A stretch of 64,000 nucleotides of DNA from Hydrolagus colliei (taxonomy: Eukaryota): the NCBI GenBank assembly GCA_035084275.1, contig CM068745.1, positions 82,460,001 through 82,524,000 of the forward strand. Direction: 5' to 3'. Position 1 is the stretch's first letter; every line of letters starts with the position of its first letter. The notes under the pieces were generated by a model. The model did no database searches, had not been told where the DNA came from, and was given only the letters and a program-made list of their open reading frames with translations. A program made the position numbers and the translations under genes. This document shows, piece after piece, positions 36,774 to 50,884 of this stretch.

Positions 36774-37058
36774 GATGTTGTTCTTGCCCTCTCCCACATT
36801 ACTGTTTGGAAGTACGATTCGGGTATTAATAGATTCAAAGCATCTTGACGACATTCCTTTGGGTTGATGGAAACGCACCTCAAAATCTTGAAATCTTGCT
36901 TGAATTTAGATTGACAATGTTATTGTACAACCCAGAATTAAGTGGGAAGTAAATGAACAGTTCAAGGTTTCTTTTTTACTGAATATTATTATTGTGGCTA
37001 TGTTTAAACGCCATCTTTTTGTGAAATTTCACTGATATGTTTTTCAACAAAAGTTTTA

Positions 37059-37064
37059 AATAAA
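37059..37064 (+). terminator. Candidate PTGFRN distal polyadenylation signal
   Basis: AATAAA at the end of a T-rich UTR-like tract. Alternatives at 33224 and 35745 cannot be excluded. Confidence 0.3.
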
Positions 37065-38237
37065 GAATTTTGGGGAAGGAAAAAGAAACACAAGTGAGGA
37101 TGTGAGTTTCCGACACTTTGCGACATGTTTTGTTTTAAACCCTTGTTTGGTTTATTAATTAAAATTGGTCATGTTTTTAATAATGAATTCTCCGCTGAAT
37201 GTCTTCTGAAATTTTGAATTATTTACGTTGCACAAGGAGCTTCCTACCTGGCCACTTAATAGCACTTCATATGAATATGGCTTCAGCCAGGCCTAAGTAT
37301 GTGTTTCCAGCTCTTATTTCTGCAATTACAAGATTAAAATCCCAATATTAGTTTGGATCAAGTAAGTTTGTTCCATCTATCTGAGCTCTTACTTAAAGAA
37401 CAATTACTCTACCGATTCCCCCACCACAGCATCAAGCTGCTTTATAGATGAGTCACTGTTATTTTTCCTGGCAATTTATTCCAGTTGTTAATTATCCTCT
37501 GCCTACAAAATACACTCGACAGTAAAAGGAATTCCGCAAAGCACTTTTGGACATCTCCAATCTCAACCGCATGATATCAAATGCACAGATTATCATTATC
37601 ACAAGATTTAGCAGATTATGAAACCAGAGGGTGAAAAAAATATATTCCGAAACACTTTCTATTCCGTTCCTAGATCCTGGAATCAGTTTCAGTTCACTAG
37701 AGGCTTTGGGCATAAACATTACACTGAGATTGGTGGGGCTGGGGAACAGAAGGTGGGCTGACCCACATATTGGTTGTGAAGAGGTTTTCGATCACTAATT
37801 TCAACAGCTTTTTGATGAAGCTCAACTCGTTCATATCCTTTGCAAAACAAAAAGGCCAAACGCCTTCTCCAGAATTGGGGACAAGAATCATAGTCACTCA
37901 GTTGGCCCCCACCGACCTGTGTATCTTACTCTGGAGTTGGACTACAGGGAGAGACTGTTCTTTCCGTTCCAGACAAAGAGAATGTTCCATCGTGGGTGGT
38001 GTGCATATTTCCTGGCCGACACAATCCCTCAAGACAAAATTGGGTCAGTCATTTCATGACTGTTTGTGGGTGCTGTGTGAAATGACGTTGCTGCGTACGA
38101 TTACAAATACACCGTCGTAAATTGGGACTTCCTCCCGTCACGAAATGCTCCATCTCCAATGGAAAAGACTGTTAATCTTATAATATGCAAAACCCTCAGA
38201 CTGGTTTCTTTATGTATTTTTAATACATGCTTGAGAG

Positions 38238-38460
38238 TAATAAGAATAATCCTGACGCATTCGATTTAGCGCTTTTATCATATTTTCGAGACATTTCGAA
38301 GCGCTTCACAGAATATTTTGTCAATTGGATTGACTTGAGTGTTTTGTGGGTGTAACATTGCAAACCAGTTTGCATGCAGCAATGTCCCACAAACAGCCGT
38401 GGAGCGAGTAACCAATTTAATAGGGGGATTTGTCGGCCAAGGATGGGATCCACCCCGATA
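38238..38460 (-). mobile_element. Diverged SINE copy
   Basis: tcgaagcgcttcacagaatat...gcaatgtcccacaaacagccgtgg. Confidence 0.7.
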
Positions 38461-39027
38461 ATTCTTACAAATCTTGCAATGCGGATCTTTTGTTTAAAAA
38501 CATTTTTTTTCAAAAAAAAGCTTTGGAAATGCAACCATTCTGGGCGTGTTTATCCTAACGATGTAAAACAGTCAATGACTCAGACACTTGCTTGTTGGCT
38601 TTGTGGTCTTATGGATGACTAGAATTGGTGACATTACTAGGGCTGTAGGTTTGTATAATGGCACTTTATAAAGATGGGTTTCCAAACTAACAATACTGAG
38701 GAGGTTGTATAGGTTTCACTACTTGTACTGTGTTCATATTAAACCACAATTGACTAATGCTCTGGGAACTATTCCACCTATCATTCTGACTGTTTTTATT
38801 ATATGTTTGATCCATGGGGCTGATGAATGCACACTTCTGCAGCCCCAGCTTTGTCTCTTTTTCAACATGTCCTCTGGACATGAAAGGCGCAATATAGATT
38901 CTGTTTGTTGTTGTTGTTGTTGCTTTTGCACCTAATACTTTCCAAGTAAATACGGTCTCTTCCCTGGATGCGCATTTCATTCTAGATGGATTATTAGATG
39001 CAGGTTCCATGTGTGACTGGTGTACAT

Positions 39028-39330
39028 ATAATAATAATCCTTGCATTTGATATAGTGCTTTTCACATCTTCTGGACTGTGTCTCAAAACGCTTCACAGAT
39101 TATACTGTAAAGTGAATTGTCTTGTCTGTATGTGGGTGAAATGTGGCAGCCAATTGCGTGCAGCAGCGTCCCCACAAACAGTCATGGATTGAAATTATGA
39201 AAAAAAATTTAGGGATTATTATTGGGTGTGCGGAGCAAGGAAACTTTCCCGAGGTTTCATCCTGCCTGTAATTGATCCCAGGTCTCTCACTTGTTATAAG
39301 GCGAGGGCTCTAACCACTGAGCTACAAGAC
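39028..39330 (-). mobile_element. Young tRNA-derived SINE
   Basis: Antisense tail aataatccttgcatttg to head taaccactgagctaca. Confidence 0.88.
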
Positions 39331-40254
39331 TTTGTAGTACTCACAGTTTGTTTTAGAAACTTTTGACCAAGGTTTACGTGTGTACCAGACACCCAAATGA
39401 CCAAAGTCAAGGCCCCAGACTGGTTAGCATGTCAGCTATGAGAATCTTGAGAGAATATGAGAATAAATATATGGTCAGACTACGTGAAAAGGCATCTAAT
39501 TTATAGCTTTAGCATCTTGATGGACCAAAAACCTAACCATACGCTTATGTGGTATCCAGGTTGTCCAGATCCAAAGAGTTTATGTAATCATTTATGTGTG
39601 ATGTGCATTCTGCAAATCTGTATATACCAAATGCGGGAATTTATGACATCGGCCATCAATATCTCGTCAATTATTCATCTATCATTTAGCCGTGGGATTT
39701 CCTGTTTCCGTTAATTTTTGAACTCGTTGATGAAACGCGTAGATGCATTTATGCAATTGGAAGAGAAGATTGGTCTGTGTTTTACTGGCTGGCCTGAGGG
39801 TCTGAAAGGTTTTGGTCACTGTTACTCCATTCACAATTAACAGTGAGGGTGGGGGGTGGGGGGGGGGGGGAGGTCCCATTACAAACCAATGTGCGCAACG
39901 CTGACTGGAATCTGTACTTTTTTCTGCGTCTTAATGCAAAAACCTCCCCAGATGTCTTTCACGAGTCTTGTAACCGCAACAGAAAATCATGACCAACTTT
40001 GTCTTCTTACAAAGGTTACGTCTAATTCAAATGCCGACTGAGTGTGCGTTTTTAAGAGTTCAAACGACAAACTGGCTAGATTTGCACCCTCCCTCCCCAC
40101 CCCCACCCCCACACCAACTCTTTAAATTTTTTTTTTTTTACTAAATTCTTGTTATTTTTTCTCCGCCAACAAATCACGTTCAGCTGGTAAGAATGCTCGA
40201 TGATTAGCTTGTTATTGGCGAGGGGAAACTGTGGAATGCTTTGCCGAGCGTGGT

Positions 40255-40455
40255 GGTTGAGACAGAATTCAAATTAGCTTCCGAGGTTGAATTAGATAGA
40301 TGTCTAAAAAGGGAATCATTTGCAGATGGAGTGGAGGTGGGGTGGGGAGAGGGTGGGAGGGGAGAGGGCGGGCCAATGGAATGGAATGGCGTTACAAAAA
40401 GGCTGGCACAAACACGATAGCCCGTATGGCCTTGTTCAGTGCCGTGACATCCTGT
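40255..40455 (+). mobile_element. Diverged CR1 3-prime end
   Basis: gaggttgaattagatagatg...ggcacaaacacgatagcccgtatggcctt. Confidence 0.55.
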
Positions 40456-41769
40456 GTATCTAACCCTCTGAGCATTGCCCGGGTGAAACCTTTAGCAAAT
40501 TTGAGAAGTCCTCCCAACACGAAGTCAATGTAAATTATTGCTGTTGGTCAATTATACTGTGTTGCTGTTTCAATGTCTTACTCCCTGTGCGTCCTCCCTT
40601 AATTACTCAATGCTTTCTCGACTCTCAGCTCCACTCTCGAGTCTAACCCTACATGTGTATGCCTTCATTCCGAGCAAAGCAATAACTATTGCCTACACTA
40701 CTAATGAACTACAGCCGTTCTTACTGCTCTACAAGGGACCCTTTTCTTTATGAATTACTGCTCTGTCTGTACTCGTAACTTATTGAATAGTACAGGCACT
40801 GTGTTTGTGGCTTAACCAGGCATGGATTCTATTGCACTTTTTTTGGGGGGGGGCAAATGACTTAGAATTTGTACTGTTTTCACAACTGGAGTTGGTTGGT
40901 GTCTGTTAAGTGTACGAAAGTGGACTTTCCCACTGTGGCTCAGTACTATTCTCAGCAATTCAGGCAGTGGAACAGAAGCCTTTCAGACTCACTGTCAAGC
41001 ACGTGTTCGTGAGGATTTGAGTACAGTGGTAGAGAGAGGTACAGTTTTGAGATGTTTAAGGTGCTTACAGCCTCTTTTGGCGGTTTTGAGGAATTGCATT
41101 TTTTTTTAAGCGCCATCCATTTCACCTTGAATCTTCCCAAAGTGAAACCTCTGTTAGCCTGAGAGAGTGACAAATAATCTGGTTCATTTCCTCCGCGAAT
41201 ACGGCAGTGAGACCTTCTCAAATACACACCAATGTACACCCCACCCCCCCTGCACCCCCCATTGCCTACCCTGGTTTAAGCATTAATTAGGGGAATAACA
41301 CAATAATTTTCTTTGCATCTGATATATCCCCCCCCCCCCCCCCCCCCCACCCCACCCCCACCCTGTAATGTCAGAACCAGTTTGCAGTGAATTGCTGACA
41401 AACGTAGTGACTGTGCACTGCAGTGAGTGTGATCCGCCCTGGCACCTCCTGGCCTCTCCGACCTTTCCCCATTTCCACCCTTCACCTTTGAAGATCTTCC
41501 TCTTTGCTCACGCCTCCGGTCGTCCCGCCGGCTCAGCATCAGGCTCCGTCGTTGCTAAGCGCTCCGAGACGCTCTCCTGAGCACACGAGCGTTCTACGTT
41601 GTTTGTTGTGTCGGTAGGAAAATGCAGAAAGCCAGTTATCCGCTCCATGTCAAGGTCCAACAAACAGCTTCTCGGCGCTGTAAAGGTTTATGGTTTCTGA
41701 GGAAAAGTGAATGACTAAATGATCTTGTGGAACCCAGAAAGAAACCAGACTTTGAAAGTGTGGTAGGAT

Positions 41770-41945
41770 TATTACCGTGCCCTCAACTGATAGGCAGGTT
41801 CATTGGTTAATGTCGCATCCAAAGGTCAGCTTCTCTGACAATGCAACACTCCCCAATGATATACCTGAGTGCCAAGGTAAACCGGGAACTCAGGAATCTG
41901 TATTATGTTGGGAATCTACAACCTTCTGACACGGAGTTCCAGCAG
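41770..41945 (-). mobile_element. Old Deu-domain-type SINE fragment
   Basis: gttaatgtcgcatccaaagg...acaaccttctgacacggag. Confidence 0.55.
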
Positions 41946-41959
41946 CTGTGACCAGCAGG

Positions 41960-42440
41960 AACGACAACAACAACAACAGCAACAAAAATTGCATTTTTAG
42001 AGTGCCCTTCACATCGAGAGGATGTCCTAAGGCACTGAACAGTCAGGGCTCTGGGCCTGAGGATGGGGGAGGGGAGGGAGGCAGAGTGTGGGGGCAGAGA
42101 GAGAGGCTGAAAGCCCGGTCACCAATCATAGGGTGGGTTTGGTGGGAGACATGGAGCAGACTGGAGCCCGCTGAACGGAGGAGTCGGGCAGGTTGGTAGG
42201 GAGTAAGCAGGTCAGAGAGATAGGCGGTGGTGGGGTGGGGGGGCAAAGCCGTGAATGGCCTTGAAGGTGAGGACGAGGATCTTGAATTCAATCCTCTGGG
42301 GGATGGGGAACCAATGGAGCTGGGCGAGGGTGGGAGTGATGGGGTCGCGGAGCCTGGTGCGGGAGAGGACACAAGCTGCAGAGTGATCTGCAGCTTGCGA
42401 AGGGAAGAACCAGGAAAGCCCGATGAGGAGGGAGTATAAC
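41960..42440 (-). mobile_element. L2 fragment
   Basis: (AAC)n tail plus antisense of the HWLP/IEFKIL region. Confidence 0.85.
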
Positions 42441-43519
42441 TGGAATGAGAAATCACTTAGCAGCCCTTTGGTCAATTGGATTTTTTTTTCTGGCTTGACA
42501 AACAGATCCAGTTAATTTACACTGATGATTTCAGTCTCTCTTCTGTGCTTTGTGTCCAAAAAAATCATCTGGAAATAAAGACATCTGCACGAATAAGTAG
42601 AAAAGTGATGCTTTGCTATTTCATGTAAAAACCTCCATCCATGAGAAACTCCAGTATCAAACGTTGCTAATCAGTTTGCCTACAAATTACAGTCACTACA
42701 TTTTGTGGTAAATCTTGTGAAGCATTTTGAGATGTTGAAGAGCATGCTCATTTTTTTTTGGGTGGGGGGAGATCAGGCAGATAGATGTCTGTCTGCTACA
42801 TGAGGAAACCCATCACCACACTTGAAAGTATCCAAACCAATCTGAGACTTGCAGGCATTCCCACCTACACACACACACACGGAAACACCGGAGATAAACT
42901 GTTGGAATGGAACTGGGTACTCTTTCCCTGAAGGGACGCACTCATCTTAACTAATTCCGGAAGGAAAGTATTAGGCGCAGGTTGGGCAAAAGCTAAGGCT
43001 TGGAGGATCTCAAACGTCCTCGGGTTTGGATTGCAGGGTGAACAGAAGCTGAGTGGGGTGTCATATCAAGTTTAGCTAAGCCTCCAAATAAAATACAAGA
43101 AGTTCTATATTCCGGTTATCTAATTCTAGCACTCCGATGTGAAGGGCACTATATAAATGCAAGTTGTTATTGTTGGCCAACCACAACAGGAGTTAGGGAG
43201 TGTTTTATGTCTATTTTTAAAAAAAAACATAGCAATTGTCTTCCATATCTTATGACTTGTACAAAGTTTCTCCTTTTGTGTGGATGGATTCAAGGCTGCT
43301 CAGCCAGGCATTTCTGTGTACTGTACTCGCGGAGATTTCCTCAATAAGGCATTTCACTTATTTAAATTCTGACGTAGCAAGGATTGCTTTTTCAGAACAG
43401 TTATGCAGTTCTTAGGCCACTTGTCAGACTCCTTAGTTACCCAGGTTGGGTTCTGGGAAGTCACTAACTAACGTTACCATATGTAAATCTTAATTTCTCA
43501 GTTTTAAAGGCTGCTGTAT

Positions 43520-43980
43520 TACATAGAATCATAGAATGTTACGGCACAAAAGGAGGCCATTCGGCCCATCGAGTCTGTGCTGGCTCTTTGAAAAGAGCAA
43601 TTTAATCCCACTGCCCAGCTCTCTGTCTCTCTCCCCATAACCTCGCAAACCCATTCTCCCCAAATAAACGTCTACCTCTCTTTTAAAAGTTGTTATCGAA
43701 TCGGCCTCCACCACCTTTTCAGGCAATGCATTCCAGATTCCAACAATTCACTAGAGAGTGAAAAAACTTCTCCTCAGCTCCCCTTTGCTTCTTTTAGAAA
43801 CTATTTTAAATCTGTGACCACGAGTCACTGATAGACCCACCAGTGGAAACAGTTTTTCCCTGTTTATTACTCTATCGAATCCCCTCACGATCTTGAAACC
43901 CTCTACAGTATTAGGTCTCCTCATAACCTTTTCTGCTCCAATCAGCATAAATCTAGCCTCTCTAGCTTTTTCTCATAACG
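43520..43980 (-). mobile_element. CR1 3-prime fragment
   Basis: Antisense FKIVRGFDRVINREKLFPLVG..TRGH is the CR1 ORF2 C-terminus; ATTCTATG-type tail. Confidence 0.9.
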
Positions 43981-44353
43981 GCTTCCTTCAGCTTGAATGT
44001 AGTTGGTAAGCCCCAGTTCTCTATTCTACGATGTGGGTTGATAAGCTTGCTACTTGAATGAGTAACTTGGAGCTACATTCTCACTACCATGACCTATTAT
44101 GGTAGTGTTTGTCCACTTTGTGTGGGGGGTTGCCAGCAAATCGTATGCTGCGTTTGAGTTTTGAAATAAAGCTATTAGTGTTTGAATCAATTTTCACTCC
44201 TTCAATATACACGAGTTGGTATGAATGCCTGTCTGGGGTTGCTGTGTTTACATACGGACCTTGCAACATATCCTGATTGATCTATTTTAGAATTATCAAG
44301 AAGAATAAAGAAAAAAGGGCCAAAACATCTTACTTTTGTGTATAATAATCTGT

Positions 44354-44664
44354 GGAGTTCCTGTAGCTCAGTGATTAGAGCACTTGCCTTACAAACGTGA
44401 GACCTGTGTTTCGAATCCAGGCAGATCAGGGCGAAACCTTGGGCAAATTTCCTTGCTCCACACACACGCCTAATAATAATTCCCCCCCTTTCAAAAAAAA
44501 AGCACAATAATAAATTGGTCATTTCAATCTTTACTGCTGTGCCGTGTTTCGCCCACAAATACACAGTCAATTCACTTTTACAGTATATTCAGTGAAGCGT
44601 TTTGAGACACAGTCTGGAAGACGTGGAAAGCCGCTATATCAAATGCAAGCATTATTCTGATTAT
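44354..44664 (+). mobile_element. Young tRNA-derived SINE
   Basis: ggagttcctgtagctcagtg head, tttcgaatcc, tail. Confidence 0.9.
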
Positions 44665-46099
44665 ATTGTGATTATATCTCGGTGTGCTCCACAATGCCAG
44701 GGCGGATGCCAAATAATTGAGAAAGCAAAGATAAGTAAAGTTAAGATGGCATCTTGACAAGAGATGTAAAATGCTGTAAAATAAAAATAATTTAAAAAAA
44801 ACTAGGAATGCTGGCAATTGGGCAAGAGAAATAACACAAATGCTACGAATGCCCCTCGGGCCATTCAGCCTCTAAAAGAGAACACAATCAGTTGATGTTT
44901 CGAGTCTCTTCTAGCCTTCAGAGAATAGGAGCAGTGGGTCAACGACCTACTATTTGAGAGGTGAGAGCGCATACCCAAAAGCCTCAGCTTGATACACATC
45001 AAGTTTAAGGGGGCGAAAAAAACCTCCCAAAGCAGATAGGACAATTGATTTAAGTGCTTATTTATTTATTCAACTCAACAAGACTTTTACATAGCTAACC
45101 AACTACAGTACAAACCGGAGATGCCAAGTTTAGACCTTTAAGCACCTTGGGAAGTGGAGTGTGTCCCAGTATGGTACGATCAATAAACTCTCTTAATAAA
45201 CTGATAAGTACTAAGGTACAGTAGTGATATGCCGTGGTGGGAAGGGAGGGGTGGGTGGGTGGGTTGGGGGGGGGGGAAATGGGGACGCTATGTAAGAATA
45301 TATTGGAGGAGTACCTCCGCAAAGAGTGGCCGAAGAAGGGAAATTAATTTGTGTGTAGAAGAGTCACAGAGTGGAATTATGAAGTCAATAATGGCATGGA
45401 CTGTATAGGAGAGGAAAGGACTGAACCCGAAACAGCATTACTTTCATAGTCACAGACTCATTGTACTGTAATCTGATACCTCTTGGCTTTTGCTTGACTG
45501 CGCTTTGCCTGCAGTATTTGCATAGCGTCAGAGGTTTGGCCAGTTGCTTAGTTACTAGCGGTACACATATAAAATGACCCCTGCACTCAATTTGCAGACT
45601 TGTTTAAACACGCCACTTCACTCCAATATAAAAGAAGTACACAGCGCCAGCGAACAAAAAAACACACCGAATGCTTTCTAAACGCTTTCATACCCTAAGC
45701 ACCGTTTACCAAAACCTTCCGACTGTTTCACGGCTCGGTAAGATTTGGGTATCAGCATTGAATGAACGGCGGCTTGTAACTGGTCATTTGAGATTTGGGC
45801 ACTCCAGCAAAATATACCCTTGTACTGTGTACACGTATGTCGTGAATACATAACACACAGGATGTGAGACAGTCAAGACACATGAGGCTGGACTCTGCTG
45901 ATGGTGAAACACCACAAATATATTGCTAGAATTCAACAACAATCTTGCTTCCTACTTTGAGGCTGGCAGGCAGGAGAAGTGGGGTTCGGGAGGTGCACTT
46001 TATGTTGATTCAACTCTACAATCCCCACCCACCCCCCTCCCCGCTCAACAAACCCCCCCACACTGCCACCATTGGTAGCCGAGCCAATCAGTCACTACA

Positions 46100-46265
46100 C
46101 CCCCAAGCCTCTGGATCTCTACACTTTAAAGCCCACCTAAACCTACCGCCTCAACGACCACCTCTAGTTACCTGCCCCTACTACCCACTTGCCCGGAGTC
46201 CGATCCCGCCACTGTTAAAGCGCTCTGAGGCATTACTCCTATGTGAAATGTGATGTATAAATAAA
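46100..46265 (+). mobile_element. Diverged L2 3-prime end
   Basis: gttaaagcgctctgaggc...gtgaaatgtgatgtataaataaatg tail. Confidence 0.5.
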
Positions 46266-46284
46266 TGCACAAAGATTGTGTTGG

Positions 46285-46640
46285 TGTTGCAGTAGAGTGA
46301 AAGTCTCGCCTTTTGAGTCAGAAAGTCGACTATTCTAAAAGCAGATACAATTACAATTCACATCCACTACAATTGTGGGAGTGGGGGCGGGGAGGGCTGA
46401 GGTGGTGTCCTTCGGATGAGATGTCCAAACCAAGGTCATGTCTGCCTGGTTGGGTAGATGTTAAGGATCTTGTGGCAGTATCTGAAAGGAACGAGGGCGT
46501 TTCTACTGATGGCTGGATTAGTTAACAATACCCCAGATAAAAAAAAATCAATGATTCACTTCGTTGGCTGCTTGTGGGACGTTTGCAGTCCACAAATTAG
46601 CCTTGGCATTCATCTCACAGGAAACCTGGCGGAGAAAGTC
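46285..46640 (+). mobile_element. Old Deu-domain-type SINE
   Basis: ggtgtccttcggatgagatgtccaaaccaaggtc closely resembles the recalled Deu-domain core. Confidence 0.7.
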
Positions 46641-47039
46641 TTGAAATGTTTGAACGAGGTGGTAAGACAGTAATCTCAAAGGCGAGGATTATTACCGACA
46701 TACACACTGAGCAGTCCGAGAAAGAATAAGTTGGATTTTTTTTATAGCACCTTATCCAGTAAAATGTTTTGAAGCCGGAACAGTTCAATTGATTCTGTTG
46801 TTCTGTTTTTTCCTCTGGAACTCAATGTGATCCAATGGGAAGGCGTTTGTTTATTTCAATGTTACTGACACATTGATGGCTAAAACTGGGCAGCGCTTGC
46901 ATCTTTGTATCTCTGAAGCGTAAAATGATGGTGTAAACACTCTCGCAGATCCACATTTAAATTCCAGAATGTTATACAGTACGTAGAAAAAAAATGAAAC
47001 CTGATTAAAATCTGTGTATCTAATTCTGGGGGCGTATTA

Positions 47040-47312
47040 ATAAATAATAATAATCCTTGCATTTGATATAGCGCTTTTCACATCTTATCGCCGTCTCAAA
47101 GCGCTTCACAGAATATACTGTAAAGTGAATTGACTGTATATTTGTGGGTGAAACACGGCAGCCAATTGCGCACAGTCGTGGGTTGAAAATGACCAATTTT
47201 ATTATTGTGGGTTTTTTGAGACGGATTATTATTAGGCGTGTGTGTGTGTGTGTGTGTGTGGAGTAAGGAAACTTGCCCAAGTTTTCACCCTGACCTGCCT
47301 GGATTCAAACGC
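47040..47312 (-). mobile_element. Young tRNA-derived SINE
   Basis: Antisense tail, body, expanded (TG)n, ggattcaaac. Confidence 0.9.
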
Positions 47313-47479
47313 AGGTTAGACACAGGATGGCAGCAGAGGTGGCTTGATTGTTTTTTCCCTGTGGTTTAGTAACTGCCTATTTTGAGGCTGGTAACAGAAC
47401 CGCTGCTCAAATTACCGGTGGCTTCCATTTCCTCCTTATTTTTTTTAACATTTGTCGTCATTGCTCAATGTCCCAACTC

Positions 47480-47670
47480 GAGACACACCTTTTGAACAGT
47501 GTCTTCAGCCGCCATCCCACCTCTTCTGCCCTCCCCTGCTCCCTCTCTCCCCTTGCCCCCCATGCTCGGATCCTGACACCCCCCCCTGCCTCCCCCACCC
47601 CCCGATGGTTCAGTGCCATGGGACGTCCTCCCAACATGAATGGTGCTCTACAAGTGTAATTTTGTTGTTA
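47480..47670 (+). mobile_element. L2 3-prime end
   Basis: gggacgtcctcccaacatgaatggtgctctacaagtgtaattttgttg tail. Confidence 0.65.
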
Positions 47671-48089
47671 TATACAGGAGACAATTAAAAGTGGTTTCTG
47701 CTGTACGATTAGCAAGCACGGACTGAGGCATGGCTGTAACTACAACCGCCTGGCTTCTGTTAGTGAACACACAAAGTACACATTACTGTGAAGCTACGTA
47801 CGTGCAAATCTGCTATGTATTACGCACTCTAGAAATACAAATTTTGGCCTCGTCACCCTAACCTAAAATATGTGTCCGAGCTATGTGGGGGTCAAATGGA
47901 AGCCTCAAACCCATGCGTAATCCAGGGCAGATCTTTTAAACCCATTTGCCTATTGTTCGGCAAATCCTTTAATTGAGATGATTCATTCACTATTGTTGTT
48001 GATGATGATCCAACAAACAAACAAACAGCAGCTCTGTCAATCTACACCCACTTTGTACTAGCCTAGAAACATCACTCTCCTCATCCTGC

Positions 48090-48370
48090 ACTGACATGCT
48101 ATCCTGGCTCCGATCTCCCACACCGTGCTCCGTGATCCCATCGCTCTCACCCTCATCCAGCTCCACCGGCTCCCCATCCTCCAGAGGGTAGAGTTCAAAA
48201 TCCTCAAAGTCCTTGCCTCCAAGGCCTTGCCCCTTCCTTACCTCTGAGACCCGCTGACCCCATGTCAACATGTTCGCTCCCTCTGCTCAGCAGTCTCTGG
48301 CCTGCTCGGTTTGTCCCACCATCGCCGGTCAACCCTTCACACTCTCTGCCTCCTACTCTATGGAACACCA
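48090..48370 (+). mobile_element. L2 fragment
   Basis: ctccaccggctccccatcctccagagggtagagttcaaaatcc is the LHWLP/IEFKI region. Confidence 0.75.
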
Positions 48371-50114
48371 ATCTACATCACGCGTTATATACTGTATATA
48401 TATTAGATTATAGTTGTCCAAATGTAAAATCAGAGAGCAGAAAATCTGTTTGCCTTCTCTCTCTGACTTGTCTCTTATGATATCCGTAGCATCTTGTTTG
48501 TTGCTGAAGCTTAGATCTGTTGCCATCGGATCAGTAACCCATTGCTGCCATCGCCCATTGTCTTCAGGTACGAGTGAAAGCTCACAGTGAAGGTTTTTCT
48601 CCCGTTCACAGCCTGACGATCTCGCAGCCGGTTCGTTTCAGGATGATCACCAGAAGCCAGCTCTACACCCAGACACAAATTGACACCAGTGGGAAGAGCG
48701 AGGAAAATAGTAAGGGGAACACGGAGCTGAACCCAAACCGTGAACTTAACTGGCGCCAAAACATTGGAAAACAGGAAATCAGGAGTGTTTAATCCCATGG
48801 AAAACCCCTCCAGATTTTCAACTTCTCTTTCTCCACATCTGTCAAATGGTATCAACATAACGCCGATTCAAGAATCGGCCCCTGTTTTCTTACAAACACA
48901 CACACACAAAACCCACACGATTACTGGGTTTTACACAATGATATACTTCAAATATCCCAAATGTAAGGATTTTTATTACCACGTGCTGTATTACTTTTCC
49001 GAGATGCACTCAAGCCATAATAGTGCGTCTAAAAATAGTAGTAATAATTGCTGTTGCAATTATAATGAGTGACAATGCAAATGTGCCCGGTAAACAGGAT
49101 AATGGTTATCTGCCTTTGTGACAAGAGTAACTAACTGTTCAGTCCTACGCTGGTGAGTTGCTCAGTTCTCCACATTACTTTGAGATGCGTGTGGCTAAAT
49201 TCTTCACGACTGATGTAATTTTGACTCTATGTATGTATGTATGTATGTGCCTGTGTTTTGTGGGGCGCTCAGTACTGCGGCATCGGAGTCCTTGTTCGCA
49301 CTGTTTGTATCTCAGTCATGCCGCGAGGACACAGAGAAAAAGAATTGCGATTGTAACTAATTTCAATGGAATCCCGCTTATTCCCTGCAGCAAGGCTCCA
49401 GTGTTTTTGAAGGAGACAGAGGGAAGCAGTGTTTGTGAAGGCAGGATAGATATCTGTGTTAACAGCACTCCGCGGACTGGGCATTTTTGAATTAGGTACG
49501 TCAGTGAAGACTGAATTCTTTGACTCGGGGGTTGAGCTATCATTCCGACGCTATAAGTGGAAACATGGAGCCTCTTATAATTATGGATGTGAAAGTCCGG
49601 CTTGACGGTGGCAGAGAGATGTTGTGATAGATTATGGCTTGGAGACCGAATGTGATCATATGCTTTAGGATCAGGCGAACTCGGTCCTGTGAATATCCGC
49701 AAAAAACTAGAGTAATATGGAAATAGTGCACAATTTGTTAAAAAAAAAATTTGAATGAGACGCGGTAAATATTTCAATCCATAGTAATGTGAAACACTGT
49801 GTATGGTGACTGGACGCGACTGCACAAAACATCCAAACTATCGAGTTTTTAATAAATTTGTCAATCTTTTAAAAGTAGGAGCGAGGAGAGAAAGGGGGGA
49901 GCCATAAAGACGACAAAAACAGTTTACATTTAGATAGCACCCCGTCATGCATGGTCAGGTGAAGATGTCTCAAAGTACTTCACAGAGCTGGCTGGGGACC
50001 CCAGCTGAGGAGTGGGGAAGGTGAGGAGATGGAGGGAGGAGATAAATGAATGTGTGGTTGAACAGAAACCTCTTAAGGCAGGTGTTAAAGACGGGGGTGA
50101 GATGGATAGAGTTT

Positions 50115-50545
50115 CAACCACAACAACAAGAACACAAATTGCTCCTTGTATAAACGCCCTTCATGTTGGACCTGAGCTGGTAGTTGGGGTCAGGAGGTGT
50201 GGAGGAGGGCAGTGGGAGTAGAGATGGGAGGGTGGTCGAAGGCACTGTCGTAGAGGAAGGTCTTTAGACAGGAGTTGAAAGAGAGGCTAGTACGGCGGGA
50301 TAGAATTCCAGAGTGTGGGAGCAGAGATGCTGAATGCGCGATCACCATCGCTGGGACAGGGAAGTGTGAGAGGCCCGAGTCTGCCGAGCGGAGGGAGCAA
50401 ACCGGCCGATATGGGATTCGGAGGAGTCAGTAGAAGTAAAGGCAAGCAAGACTGCGGAGGGCTTTGAAGGTGAGAATGAGGATTTTGTAGTCAATTCTCT
50501 GAGGGATGGGAAGCCAGGCAAGAAAGGGGAGCCCGGTGAGAGAAC
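50115..50545 (-). mobile_element. Diverged L2 fragment
   Basis: Antisense ORF LPIPQRIDYKILILTFKAL; AAC tail. Confidence 0.7.
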
Positions 50546-50884
50546 ATGTGTGGTGGAGTTCTGAATAATCCTTTTGATGAATAATCTCTTTTTGAATAAT
50601 CATTTTCAAAGAGAAAAGGTGGATTGCGGGGTTTTTTTCCATTCAAATGCCGAGATGGATACTGGGTTTAATATATGTACGGGGTGATTCCGCTACGATG
50701 TTTAATAATTCTTAAAGAAATTATATATATTTTTTCAGACAATAGGGTGGATATCACAGGTTTTTCGGTCCATCACAAGGTGGGTTTTCAGTGCCCCGTG
50801 GAAGGTGGAGGGTTTGACGGCCAAATCGACCATTTGTTTTTGCTCCGTGTTGCATTTTCTTACAGAATCGCAGGAACATGGCGT

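Noticed and set aside
44900-45000. Short similarity to U2 snRNA (gaataggagc)
   Set aside because: Only about 10 nt; the region fits a degenerate minus-strand SINE head better.
45516-45574. Octamer ATTTGCAT followed by TATAAAA
   Set aside because: A few octamers are expected by chance in 64 kb, and no downstream gene or snRNA was found.
48511-48858. Overlapping ORFs on both strands
   Set aside because: No recognisable domain and no consistent splice structure.
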